Position numbers and translations under genes: made by a program. Below the pieces are notes generated by a model. The model saw nothing but the letters and a program-made list of their open reading frames with translations. It did no database searches and was not told the origin of the DNA. From Longimicrobiales bacterium (GTDB taxonomy: Bacteria; Gemmatimonadota; Gemmatimonadetes; Longimicrobiales; RSA9), in NCBI GenBank assembly GCA_050732575.1, contig JBOHRF010000001.1, forward strand, positions 25,595 to 89,594: a DNA stretch of 64,000 nucleotides, written 5' to 3'. The first letter of the stretch is position 1, and each line of letters starts with the position of its first letter. Of this stretch, positions 1 to 8,163 are shown piece by piece.

Positions 1-435
1 GATCGACTGCTGGAACAGGAGAAGGAGCCGCCCCGGCGATTCCGGCTAATGGTGGAAAACCACCTGCGCTTCTTCGTGAACAACATGAAGGAAATGAAGG
101 TGTTGTCTCACGAGCTGCACTCGCTGACGGGCGAGTTTCGTGAGACGGTCAATGCCACGAAGCGGCGCTACACAGACACGTGCCGGGGAATTCTGCAGGC
201 GGTGGCGCCGGTGGGCAGCCCGATCGATGCGCGGGTTGCGGTGTATGCGCTGTTTGGGATGATGAACTGGATCTACAACTGGTATCGTCCGGAACGGGAT
301 GTGCCGGTGGCGAAGCTGGCGGATGATATCAGCCAGCTTTTTTTGCGAGGGTATCTATCGGGTGCGGCCGGTGCCCTGCAGGAGTGGGCCAGCGCGGTAT
401 CGATCGAGCCCAGTCCATCCATATGGCGGACGTAA
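1..435 (+). CDS. TetR/AcrR-family regulator, C-terminal part (5' end lies outside the window)
   Basis: Frame 1 is open from base 1 (DRLLEQEKEPPRRFRLMVENHLRFFVNN...). The sequence is helical and TetR_C-like, and it sits directly upstream of an acyl-CoA catabolic operon. The HTH domain is not in the window, so the family call rests on resemblance and context. Confidence 0.55.
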   Translation, partial: DRLLEQEKEPPRRFRLMVENHLRFFVNNMKEMKVLSHELHSLTGEFRETVNATKRRYTDTCRGILQAVAPVGSPIDARVAVYALFGMMNWIYNWYRPERDVPVAKLADDISQLFLRGYLSGAAGALQEWASAVSIEPSPSIWRT

Positions 436-449
436 CGAACGGAGGATCA

Positions 450-1283
450 ATGGCGAAAGTGATGGCGAAGCCGGCGGCAGAAGAAGCAGTGAAGAAGCTG
501 GTTCGCTATGAGAGGCGCGGCGGCATCGCGCTGCTCACATTGGAGGATCCGCCCGCGAACACGTACACGCACGAGATGATGCGGGACCTTGACGACGCGA
601 TTCTGCAAGCCCGTTTCGATGATGACGTGCATGTGATCGTGCTCACGGGCGCAGGTGAGAAATTTTTCTGTGCGGGCGCCAACATCAGTATGCTCAACAG
701 CGTGACGCCGCAGTTCAAGTACTACTTCTGTCTGCACGCCAATGAAACGCTGAACCGGTTGGAGCAAACGCCCAAGCTGGTGATTGCCGCGCTCAACGGG
801 CACACGGTTGGTGGCGGTCTGGAGATCGCCATGGCCGCTGACCTGCGTATTGCGCGGCGCGGCGCGGGCAAAATCGGACTGCCTGAAGTCAACCTGGGTG
901 TGTTGCCGGGGACCGGCGGCACGCAGCGTCTCACACGGCTGGTGGGTAAAGCTGCAGCCATCGAACTGATGATCACGGGCCGCACATTCGACTTCGATGA
1001 AGCCAAGAAGCTGGGCATCGTGACCGACGTATGGGATGCGGAGAGCGCGGGTCCGTTCCTGGATCGCGTACTCGAATACGCAGCGCAGTTCGCGCCCCCC
1101 AACATGGCGTCCAAGGCGGTGGGCAACATCAAGCGGTCGGTGCAAACGGGCGCCGAATTGCCGTTCCAGGATGCGTTGGCGGTAGAGCGCGAGCTGCAGC
1201 AGTTGCTGTTCCAAAGTTCGGATGCCAAAGAGGGGCTGGCTGCCTACGTCGAGAAGCGAAAGGCCGAGTTCAAGGGTCGCTGA
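450..1283 (+). CDS. enoyl-CoA hydratase/isomerase (crotonase family)
   Basis: Crotonase hallmarks are present: VIVLTGAGEKFFCAGANI, GHTVGGGLEIAMAADLRIA, GLPEVNLGVLPGTGGTQRL. Start chosen at ATG 450, preceded by GGAGGA. The track ORF begins at 384. Confidence 0.85.
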   Translation: MAKVMAKPAAEEAVKKLVRYERRGGIALLTLEDPPANTYTHEMMRDLDDAILQARFDDDVHVIVLTGAGEKFFCAGANISMLNSVTPQFKYYFCLHANETLNRLEQTPKLVIAALNGHTVGGGLEIAMAADLRIARRGAGKIGLPEVNLGVLPGTGGTQRLTRLVGKAAAIELMITGRTFDFDEAKKLGIVTDVWDAESAGPFLDRVLEYAAQFAPPNMASKAVGNIKRSVQTGAELPFQDALAVERELQQLLFQSSDAKEGLAAYVEKRKAEFKGR

Positions 1284-1320
1284 GTGAAGAGAACGGCTGG
1301 GTGAGGGCGAGGTTTCGAGG

Positions 1321-2790
1321 ATGGCGACTACGCAGACAGAGGTTGCTCGCAAAGCGCCCGACCGATTGTTCATTGGCGGCGAATGGGTCGATTCCGCGAC
1401 TACGTTTGCGGTCTACAATCCGGCGACGGGCGATGTACTGACCGAGGTAGCCGAGGCCGGTGAATCACACGTTGATGCCGCAGTAAATGCGGCCAGGCGC
1501 GCGTTTGGCGCCCAGGAATGGAGCGGTCTGGATGCCACGGATCGCGGCGCGTTGTTGTGGCGGTTGGCCGACGCCGTACAGGCGCGTTCGGCCGACCTGA
1601 TTCGGCTGGAAGTGCTCAACAACGGCAAGCCGCTGCGCGAAGCACAGATCGATCTGCGTGAAACCGTAGATGCATTTCGCTACTACGCAGGCTGGACCAC
1701 AAAGCTGCAGGGTGACACCATCCCGGTGCGCGGCAACGTCCTCAACTATACACTGCGCGAGCCGGTGGGTGTGGTCGGCGCCATCATTCCCTGGAATTTT
1801 CCCCTGCTCATGGCGGCCTGGAAAGTGGCGCCCGCGCTTGCGTGTGGTAACACGGTTGTGCTCAAGCCGGCGGAACAGACGCCGCTCACCGCGCTCGAAC
1901 TCGCTGCCATTGCAACGGAGGCCGGCCTTCCGAAAGGTGTGCTCAACGTTGTGCCCGGGCTGGGCGAAACGGCAGGTGCGGCCCTGGTCCGCCACCCGGG
2001 AGTGGACAAGATCGCGTTCACGGGTTCGACCGCAGTGGGCAAGATCATCATGCGGGATGCGGCGGAATCGCTGAAGAAGGTCTCGCTGGAGCTGGGCGGA
2101 AAGTCTCCCAACATCGTGTTTGACGATGCCGATGTCGAAGCGGCAGTGCGCGGTTCGTTCAACGCCATCTTCTACAATACGGGCCAGTGCTGTACGGCTG
2201 GCTCGCGGTTGCTGGTTCACAGGGCCGTGCACGACCAGCTCATGGACAAGCTGGTTGAGCGGGCAAAAAAGCTGCAGCCGGGCGACCCGTTGGATCCAAA
2301 AACGCGCGTGGGCCCGCTCATTTCGGAAGAACAACTCAAACGAGTCCTGAGCTTCATCGAAAGCGGAACGGGCGAGGGCGCATCCCTGCTCACGGGCGGT
2401 CGGCGCTGGCAGCAGCACGGTTTCGAGCGCGGCTACTGGGTGGAGCCAACCATTTTCGATGGTGTGGCCGCTGAGCACACCATAGCGCAAGAAGAAATCT
2501 TTGGGCCCGTTCTGGCCGCGCTCACCTTTTCCGATGAAGATGAGGCGGTGGCCCTCGCCAACCGCACGATTTATGGGCTGGCCGCGGGGGTATGGACGTC
2601 CAGCGTGAAACGAGCGCATCGAGTAGCTCGGCGGCTGCAGGCAGGAACCGTTTGGATCAATACCTATCATCCGCTCGATGCGGCCTCACCGTTTGGTGGC
2701 TATAAGCAGTCGGGCTACGGTCGAGAACTCGGCGCCTATGCGCTCGATCTGTACACGCAGATCAAAAGCGTTTGGGTTGACCTCAACTGA
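1321..2790 (+). CDS. NAD(P)-dependent aldehyde dehydrogenase
   Basis: 489 aa with ALDH motifs: WNFPLLMAAWKVAPALACGN, SLELGGKSP (catalytic Glu) and GQCCTAGSR (catalytic Cys). Confidence 0.9.
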   Translation: MATTQTEVARKAPDRLFIGGEWVDSATTFAVYNPATGDVLTEVAEAGESHVDAAVNAARRAFGAQEWSGLDATDRGALLWRLADAVQARSADLIRLEVLNNGKPLREAQIDLRETVDAFRYYAGWTTKLQGDTIPVRGNVLNYTLREPVGVVGAIIPWNFPLLMAAWKVAPALACGNTVVLKPAEQTPLTALELAAIATEAGLPKGVLNVVPGLGETAGAALVRHPGVDKIAFTGSTAVGKIIMRDAAESLKKVSLELGGKSPNIVFDDADVEAAVRGSFNAIFYNTGQCCTAGSRLLVHRAVHDQLMDKLVERAKKLQPGDPLDPKTRVGPLISEEQLKRVLSFIESGTGEGASLLTGGRRWQQHGFERGYWVEPTIFDGVAAEHTIAQEEIFGPVLAALTFSDEDEAVALANRTIYGLAAGVWTSSVKRAHRVARRLQAGTVWINTYHPLDAASPFGGYKQSGYGRELGAYALDLYTQIKSVWVDLN

Positions 2791-2795
2791 ATAAC

Positions 2796-4001
2796 ATGGC
2801 ACGCGAAGTCTGGATTGTCGCTGCAATGCGCACGCCCATTGGACGGCATGGCGGCGCGCTCGCCCAAGTGCGTCCCGATGATTTGGCCGCGGTTGCGATC
2901 GATGCGGCGGTCAAGCGGGCGGCGATAGACCCGGCCACCATTGACGATGTCGTGCTGGGCTGCGCGAATCAGGCGGGAGAAGACAATCGCAACGTAGCGC
3001 GCATGGCCGCGCTGCTGGCCGGCCTTTCCGTCGACGTGCCCGGCCAAACGGTGAACCGCCTGTGCGGCTCTGGACTGCAGGCCGTCAATAGTGCGTTTCA
3101 CACGTTGGCTACAGGCGAGGCGGACGTGATCGTGGCCGGTGGCGTGGAATCGATGAGCCGCGCGCCCTATGTCATGCTGAAGCCTGAAGAGGCATACGCG
3201 CGGGGTGTGCCGCCGGTGGCGGACACCGTGCTGGGCTGGCGCTTCACGAATCCGCGCTTCCCCAGTGACTACACAGTTGCGCTGGGTGAAACCGCGGAGC
3301 GCGTGGCGGACCGCTTCGGCGTGACGCGCGCGCAGCAGGATGCGTTCGCGCTGCATAGTCAGCAGCGCACGGCGGCAGCGCAAACGAGTGGCCGATTTGC
3401 CGCAGAACTGGTGGGCGTGAGCCTGCCGAGTCGAAAAGGCGAATCCAAATGCGTTGACCAGGACGAGCATCCCCGACCGGACACCACCCTCGAGCAGCTC
3501 GCCCGATTGCCGGCCGCGTTTCGCAAGGACGGTACGGTCACCGCAGGCAATTCATCCGGCATCAACGATGGCGCTGCTGCCCTGGTGGTCATGAGCGCGG
3601 AGCGCGGGCAACATTCGGGTCTCTCACCACTGGCACGGGTGGTCAGCACGGGCGTTGCCGGTGTGGAGCCCGACTACATGGGCCTGGGTCCAGTACCGGC
3701 CAGTCGGCGTGCATTGAGCCGTGCAGGTTTGCGCGCGAATCAACTTCAGCTGGTGGAACTCAATGAAGCATTCGCGTCCCAGGCATTGGCTTGTATTACG
3801 GAACTCGAACTCGATCCCGAGACCGTCAACGTGAACGGCGGCGCCATTGCGCTGGGTCACCCGCTGGGCTGCTCCGGCGCTCGCATTCTGACCTCGCTCG
3901 TGCACGAGCTGCGGCGGCGCGGCGGTGGTTATGGCCTGGCCAGCATGTGCATCGGCGTGGGTCAGGGAATCGCAACCATTGTGGAAGTGTTTCCAGAATG
4001 A
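2796..4001 (+). CDS. acetyl-CoA C-acyltransferase (thiolase)
   Basis: 401 aa with NRLCGSGLQAV (active-site Cys), NEAFASQ and GGAIALGHPLGCSGARI. Confidence 0.9.
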   Translation: MAREVWIVAAMRTPIGRHGGALAQVRPDDLAAVAIDAAVKRAAIDPATIDDVVLGCANQAGEDNRNVARMAALLAGLSVDVPGQTVNRLCGSGLQAVNSAFHTLATGEADVIVAGGVESMSRAPYVMLKPEEAYARGVPPVADTVLGWRFTNPRFPSDYTVALGETAERVADRFGVTRAQQDAFALHSQQRTAAAQTSGRFAAELVGVSLPSRKGESKCVDQDEHPRPDTTLEQLARLPAAFRKDGTVTAGNSSGINDGAAALVVMSAERGQHSGLSPLARVVSTGVAGVEPDYMGLGPVPASRRALSRAGLRANQLQLVELNEAFASQALACITELELDPETVNVNGGAIALGHPLGCSGARILTSLVHELRRRGGGYGLASMCIGVGQGIATIVEVFPE

Positions 4002-4828
4002 CCACACAGGCAGAGATCCTCAGCGAGCGGGAAGGTGCAGTGGGCTGGGTGCGCATCAATCGGCCGGCCCGACTGAATGCGTTTTCGCTTACCATGCGCG
4101 ACGAGCTGGAAGCTGCCCTCGCGCAGATGGAAGCGGATGCCGACGTCCGCTGTGTCATCCTGACCGGTGTGGGACGCGCATTCTGCACGGGCGGCGATGT
4201 GCGTGTGATGCAGGAATTGATCGAAGCCGATGATATCGATCGGTTCGAAGAGCTGGTGCGCGCGGGCGCGCGCGTCGTGCAGCTCATCGACCGAATGAAC
4301 AAACCGGTGATTGCGGCCGTGAATGGACCGGCTGTCGGTGCGGGTGCGTGCCTGGCTCTGGCCTGCGACCTGCGGCTGGCCAGTGAAGCAGCCACCGTTG
4401 GTTTCGGCTTCCTGCGAGTTGGGTTGCATCCGGATTGGGGAGGCAGCTACTTCCTGCCGCGCCTGCTGGGCAGCGCGCTGGCCGCTGAGTTCCTCTATAC
4501 GGGCGAAATGATCAAGGCAGAACGAGGCGAGCGATTGGGTTTGTTCAATCGCGTGGTGGCACCCGGTGAACTGGATGCCGCCGCCCGCACGCTGGCCGGT
4601 CAAATCGTCGCGGGCCCGGCCGGCATCGTGACCGACGTAAAACGCACGTTGCGCCGCAGTCTCGAGAGCTCGCTCGATCAGGTTCTGGAGATGGAGACGG
4701 ATGCGCAGCTCAGGGCCTTCAATTCACCGGATTTTCGGGAGGGCATTCTCTCCTTCCTGGAAAAGCGGGCTCCGCGTTTTTCGCGCCGTCCGCCCAATGG
4801 TATTCCGGTCCGAGAGCCAACCGTGTGA
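3998..4828 (+). CDS. enoyl-CoA hydratase/isomerase (crotonase family)
   Basis: MTTQAEILSEREGAVGWVRINRPARLNAF..., with ILTGVGRAFCTGGDV and NGPAVGAGACLALACDLRLA. ATG 3998 overlaps the thiolase stop (ATGA). The track ORF start at 3791 lies inside the thiolase gene. Confidence 0.85.
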   Translation: MTTQAEILSEREGAVGWVRINRPARLNAFSLTMRDELEAALAQMEADADVRCVILTGVGRAFCTGGDVRVMQELIEADDIDRFEELVRAGARVVQLIDRMNKPVIAAVNGPAVGAGACLALACDLRLASEAATVGFGFLRVGLHPDWGGSYFLPRLLGSALAAEFLYTGEMIKAERGERLGLFNRVVAPGELDAAARTLAGQIVAGPAGIVTDVKRTLRRSLESSLDQVLEMETDAQLRAFNSPDFREGILSFLEKRAPRFSRRPPNGIPVREPTV

Positions 4829-5682
4829 GCCGCACCATCCAGCGGGTCTGCGTGGTCGGCGCAGGCACCATGGGCCACGGCATTGCGCAGGTGAGCGCCA
4901 TGGCAGGCTACGACGTGCTGCTGCTGGACGCCAGCCGTGAGCTGGCCGAGCAGGGTCTGAGCCGTTTGCGCGAAAACCTGGAAGAAGGCGTAAAGCGCCA
5001 GAAAGTCTCTGGTGCGGAGCGGGATCAAACACTGGTTCGCATCAATGTGGGGCATGATGCAGCGCAAGCCGCGAGCTGCGATCTGGTGATTGAAGCCGTA
5101 CCGGAACGCATCGAGCTCAAGCAGAGCATCTTCCGTACTCTCGAGCAACACATCGACAGGACCGCGCTCCTGGCCACCAACACATCGAGTCTCAGTATCA
5201 CGGAACTGCAAGCGCAACTCCGGCGGCCCGACCGTTTTCTTGGTCTGCACTTTTTCAATCCCGTGCACATCAATCGGCTGGTCGAAGTCATCCACAGCGC
5301 ACACACGGCGCCCGCCACCGTCCAGTCCGGGCTCGAATACGTGCACCGACTGGGAAAGGAAGCCGTGGTGGTTCGAGACTCGCCCGGTTTTGCCACGTCG
5401 CGCCTGGGTGTCCTGCTGGGCCTGGAGGCGATGCGCATGGTGGAGGAAGGCGTAGCCAGTGCAGAGGACATTGATAAGGCATTGGAGCTCGGCTACCGCC
5501 ATCCCATGGGTCCGCTCAAGCTGACCGACCTGGTTGGACTGGACGTGCGGCTCGACATAGCGCGCTATCTGTACGAAAAACTCGGTGCCGAGCAATTCCG
5601 GCCGCCCGAGATCCTGGAGCGAATGGTGGCACAGGGCAAGCTGGGCAAAAAAACCGGTGAAGGCTTCTACACGTGGAATTGA
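4825..5682 (+). CDS. 3-hydroxyacyl-CoA (3-hydroxybutyryl-CoA) dehydrogenase
   Basis: VCVVGAGTMGHGIAQV Rossmann motif and 285 aa typical of HBD/PaaH-type enzymes. GTG start overlaps the upstream stop. Confidence 0.9.
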   Translation: MSRTIQRVCVVGAGTMGHGIAQVSAMAGYDVLLLDASRELAEQGLSRLRENLEEGVKRQKVSGAERDQTLVRINVGHDAAQAASCDLVIEAVPERIELKQSIFRTLEQHIDRTALLATNTSSLSITELQAQLRRPDRFLGLHFFNPVHINRLVEVIHSAHTAPATVQSGLEYVHRLGKEAVVVRDSPGFATSRLGVLLGLEAMRMVEEGVASAEDIDKALELGYRHPMGPLKLTDLVGLDVRLDIARYLYEKLGAEQFRPPEILERMVAQGKLGKKTGEGFYTWN

Positions 5683-6467
5683 AGCAGCCTGCGTTCGAGA
5701 CCTTGCGGCTGGAGCGGGATGGCCGCGTTGCCATCCTCATGGTAAACCGACCGGACAAACGCAACGCACTCAACGGCACAGTGCGGCGCGAGATCGTGCA
5801 GGCGCTCGACCATTTGCGCACGGATGATGAGGCGCGTGTGGTCATTTTCACGGGCGCGGGTGACAAGGCTTTCGTGGCCGGAGCCGACATTACCGAGTTT
5901 GCCGAGCGCAACGCGCTGGACCAACGTGCGGTCATGTCGGGCCGCGTCGTTTTTGAGGAAGTGGCGAATTTCGCCAAGCCAACTCTGGCTATGATCAATG
6001 GTTTCGCGCTGGGTGGCGGGTGTGAAATCGCGTTGGCCTGCGACCTGCGCTTGGCTGCGCGCTCGGCCCGATTGGGCCAACCGGAGATCAAGCTGGGCAT
6101 CATTCCCGGCGGCGGCGGCACTCAACGACTCCCTCGAATGGTAGGACCCGGTCAGGCCATGCGGCTGATTCTTTCCGGTGAACTGATCAGCGCCGATGAA
6201 GCGGCGCGCATTGGTCTGGTAGATCAGGTATACGAAGACGCCGAACTGCGTGCTCAAACGCTGCAGCTGGCGCACTCCCTGGCCGGACATTCGCCGCTGG
6301 CCATGCAGCTGGCCAAAGACGCCATACGCGCAGCACTCGAGTCACCTTTGTCAGCCGGGCTACGCTACGAACGCGAATTGTTCCTCACCGCTTTTGCCAG
6401 TGATGACAAACGAGAAGGCATGGCCGCCTTCCTGGAGAAACGAACGCCCACTTTCCGGGGCCGTTGA
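5673..6467 (+). CDS. enoyl-CoA hydratase (crotonase family)
   Basis: VNRPDKRNALNG, FTGAGDKAFVAGADI and NGFALGGGCEIALACDLRLA. GTG start overlaps the upstream gene by 10 nt. Confidence 0.85.
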   Translation: MELKQPAFETLRLERDGRVAILMVNRPDKRNALNGTVRREIVQALDHLRTDDEARVVIFTGAGDKAFVAGADITEFAERNALDQRAVMSGRVVFEEVANFAKPTLAMINGFALGGGCEIALACDLRLAARSARLGQPEIKLGIIPGGGGTQRLPRMVGPGQAMRLILSGELISADEAARIGLVDQVYEDAELRAQTLQLAHSLAGHSPLAMQLAKDAIRAALESPLSAGLRYERELFLTAFASDDKREGMAAFLEKRTPTFRGR

Positions 6468-6469
6468 TC

Positions 6470-6718
6470 ATGAGAAAAAATCCATTCGGTGATGAACCAT
6501 CGGACACGCAACGAAACAACCCGTTTGGTGATTCGGAAGCCACCATGACCCCGGTGGAAGCAGCCATTCGCATGGAGCAGGCAGCGCGCAAGATTCGCAA
6601 CTTGCGCTCACAACTCGGCGCCGAAGGATTGACCGTGCCCGCTACCCGGGAATTGATCGACGAAGTGGCTTCCGCACTGGAAGCAAGTGCGCGCGCATTG
6701 CGCCAAGTACGAGGCTGA
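6470..6718 (+). CDS. small hypothetical protein with duplicated NPFGD motif
   Basis: 82-84 codon ORF that overlaps or abuts the crotonase stop (TTG 6464 or ATG 6470). Sequence MRKNPFGDEPSDTQRNNPFGDSEAT followed by a helical C-terminus. I recognise no family. Confidence 0.45.
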   Translation: MRKNPFGDEPSDTQRNNPFGDSEATMTPVEAAIRMEQAARKIRNLRSQLGAEGLTVPATRELIDEVASALEASARALRQVRG

Positions 6719-7138
6719 CTAGGCGGCCTCCTCGCCCTGGCCTCCGGGACCGATGATGTCAGGCGCTGGCTCGGCGCCACGGGCGTTGGGTTCGGTCAGC
6801 TTCTCGCGGGCGGGCGTACGGTCGATCAATCGGGCCAGGAGAATACGTTCGGCCCGAATATCGTTGCCCACCGTGATCAGCAGCCGCGTGAGGTCGCCCG
6901 CGCCCCACAGGACTACGGCCATGACCACGGTCCGCGCCAGCTCGCCCATGAGAATGGGCAGCGCGCGCATGCCCTCGAAGCGGATGCCGGCAATGAACTC
7001 ACCCACCACGGCAATCGCCAGGAAAATGGCGGCCGACTTGAAGAGCGTGCCGACCCACTTGAGGGCAGTGTACGGCTCGATGTCCGTCCGACGCACCGAA
7101 GTCACCAGAGCGCGGGGCGCCCGCTTGTTCGTTTCCAT
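6719..7138 (-). CDS. hypothetical membrane protein (2 predicted TM helices)
   Basis: 139 aa ORF with hydrophobic stretches AAIFLAIAVVGEFIAGI and TVVMAVVLWGAG. Its stop directly abuts the convergent small ORF. Confidence 0.5.
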   Translation of the reverse strand: METNKRAPRALVTSVRRTDIEPYTALKWVGTLFKSAAIFLAIAVVGEFIAGIRFEGMRALPILMGELARTVVMAVVLWGAGDLTRLLITVGNDIRAERILLARLIDRTPAREKLTEPNARGAEPAPDIIGPGGQGEEAA

Positions 7139-7220
7139 TCCCGAATCCCGTTTAATTCGCGTGAATCCGGGTGCAGAAACGGGGCCAGCAGGGACAAGTA
7201 GGGGTGATGTAAGGCGAGAG

Positions 7221-7255
7221 AAAGGAAAAGGCCGGTCGACGAACCGGCTTTTTGC
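7221..7255 (-). terminator. intrinsic terminator after rpmA (possibly bidirectional)
   Basis: Stem GCCGGT(7231-36)/ACCGGC(7243-48) with a 6-nt loop. On the minus strand it is followed by CUUUUCCUUUCUC, and on the plus strand by TTTTT. Confidence 0.6.
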
Positions 7256-7258
7256 GCA

Positions 7259-7516
7259 TCAGGCCAGTGGGTAGACCGATATCCTTTGCCGCTTGCGATC
7301 GCGACGCTCGAATTGGACCACGCCATCGATCAGGGCATAGAGCGTGTCATCCCGTCCAATCGCCACATTGCGGCCTGGATGAAATACAGTGCCGCGCTGG
7401 CGCACCAGAATATTGCCCGCCAGCACATGCTCACCGCCGAAGCGCTTTATGCCCAACCGCTGAGAGTTGGAGTCCCGGCCGTTGCGGCTCGAGCCCACGC
7501 CCTTTTTGTGTGCCAT
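7259..7516 (-). CDS. rpmA: 50S ribosomal protein L27
   Basis: [28 protein letters not shown]... is the canonical L27 N-terminus. 85 aa. Confidence 0.95.
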   Translation of the reverse strand: MAHKKGVGSSRNGRDSNSQRLGIKRFGGEHVLAGNILVRQRGTVFHPGRNVAIGRDDTLYALIDGVVQFERRDRKRQRISVYPLA

Positions 7517-7531
7517 ACGCGTTACCCCTGT

Positions 7532-7846
7532 TCAGCGCGTGCGAATCGCGTCGATCCGAACTTCAGTGAACCCCTGGCGATGACCCTGCTTACGACGGTA
7601 GTTCTTGCGCCGTTTCCACTTGAAAATGATGACCTTCCTGGCCTTACCGTGGCGAACCACTTCACCGGTCACCTGCGCGCCCGCGACCTGGGGCGCGCCC
7701 ACGGCCACAGCGCCCTCACCACCGGTCAGTAGAACCTGGTCAAACGTGACCTGGTCGCCGACATCGGCTGACAACGACGGCACCTTGATGGTCTGGCCGG
7801 GCTCAGCGCGGAACTGTTTACCGCCGGTCTGAATAATCGCGTACAT
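7532..7846 (-). CDS. rplU: 50S ribosomal protein L21
   Basis: MYAIIQTGGKQFRAEPGQTIKV... is canonical L21, 104 aa. ATG at 7846. The longer track ORF (to 8071) runs into the repeat array and is not credible. Confidence 0.9.
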   Translation of the reverse strand: MYAIIQTGGKQFRAEPGQTIKVPSLSADVGDQVTFDQVLLTGGEGAVAVGAPQVAGAQVTGEVVRHGKARKVIIFKWKRRKNYRRKQGHRQGFTEVRIDAIRTR

Positions 7847-7925
7847 ATCGCTCGGCTCGAGTTTCGTAACAGACCGTAGAATTTGGTGGTTCTGAGAAAA
7901 ACCGTCAACCCAGAATGGCAACAGA

Positions 7926-8064
7926 TTGAACCGGGTGAGGCGGGATGAACCGGCTGCAGCGGATGAATTGGGTGAGGCGGATGAACCGGATGAAGCGGGT
8001 AAACCGGATGAATCGGCAGGACCGGATGAACCAGGTTGGTTCGGTTGAACCAGGGTTGAACCGG
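7926..8064. repeat. degenerate 9-bp-phased tandem repeat array (consensus about GATGAACCG)
   Basis: Consecutive 9-mers read ttgaaccgg, gtgaggcgg, gatgaaccg, gctgcagcg, gatgaattg, ggtgaggcg, gatgaaccg, gatgaagcg, ggtaaaccg, gatgaatcg, gcaggaccg, gatgaacca, ggttggttc, ggttgaacc. GATGAA recurs at 7944, 7962, 7980, 7989, 8007 and 8025, all in the same 9-nt phase. Confidence 0.8.
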
Positions 8065-8163
8065 TGCCCACCGGTTGGCTGCACCGGTGATCCGGCGGCC
8101 CAGAGTGTGGTCCCGAGGAAACCGGGGTCTGGTGTTATCCGGGGCATCCCGGTTCAACCGGGT

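Noticed and set aside
7926-8064. The 9-mer array read as DnaA boxes/oriC or as a CRISPR array.
   Set aside because: The units (GATGAACCG) only weakly resemble TTATCCACA, and no dnaA/dnaN or AT-rich unwinding element is nearby. The repeats are contiguous with no spacers and no cas genes, so this is not CRISPR. The same reasoning applies to 61346-61420.
7847-8071. N-terminal extension of L21 (track ORF 7532-8071), and the 143-aa ORF 7726-8157 with HPV/HPL repeats.
   Set aside because: The extension is simply the 9-bp repeat array translated (SSG/SSA or HPx runs). Canonical L21 begins at MYAIIQTGGKQ (ATG 7846). The HPx ORF overlaps rplU out of frame.
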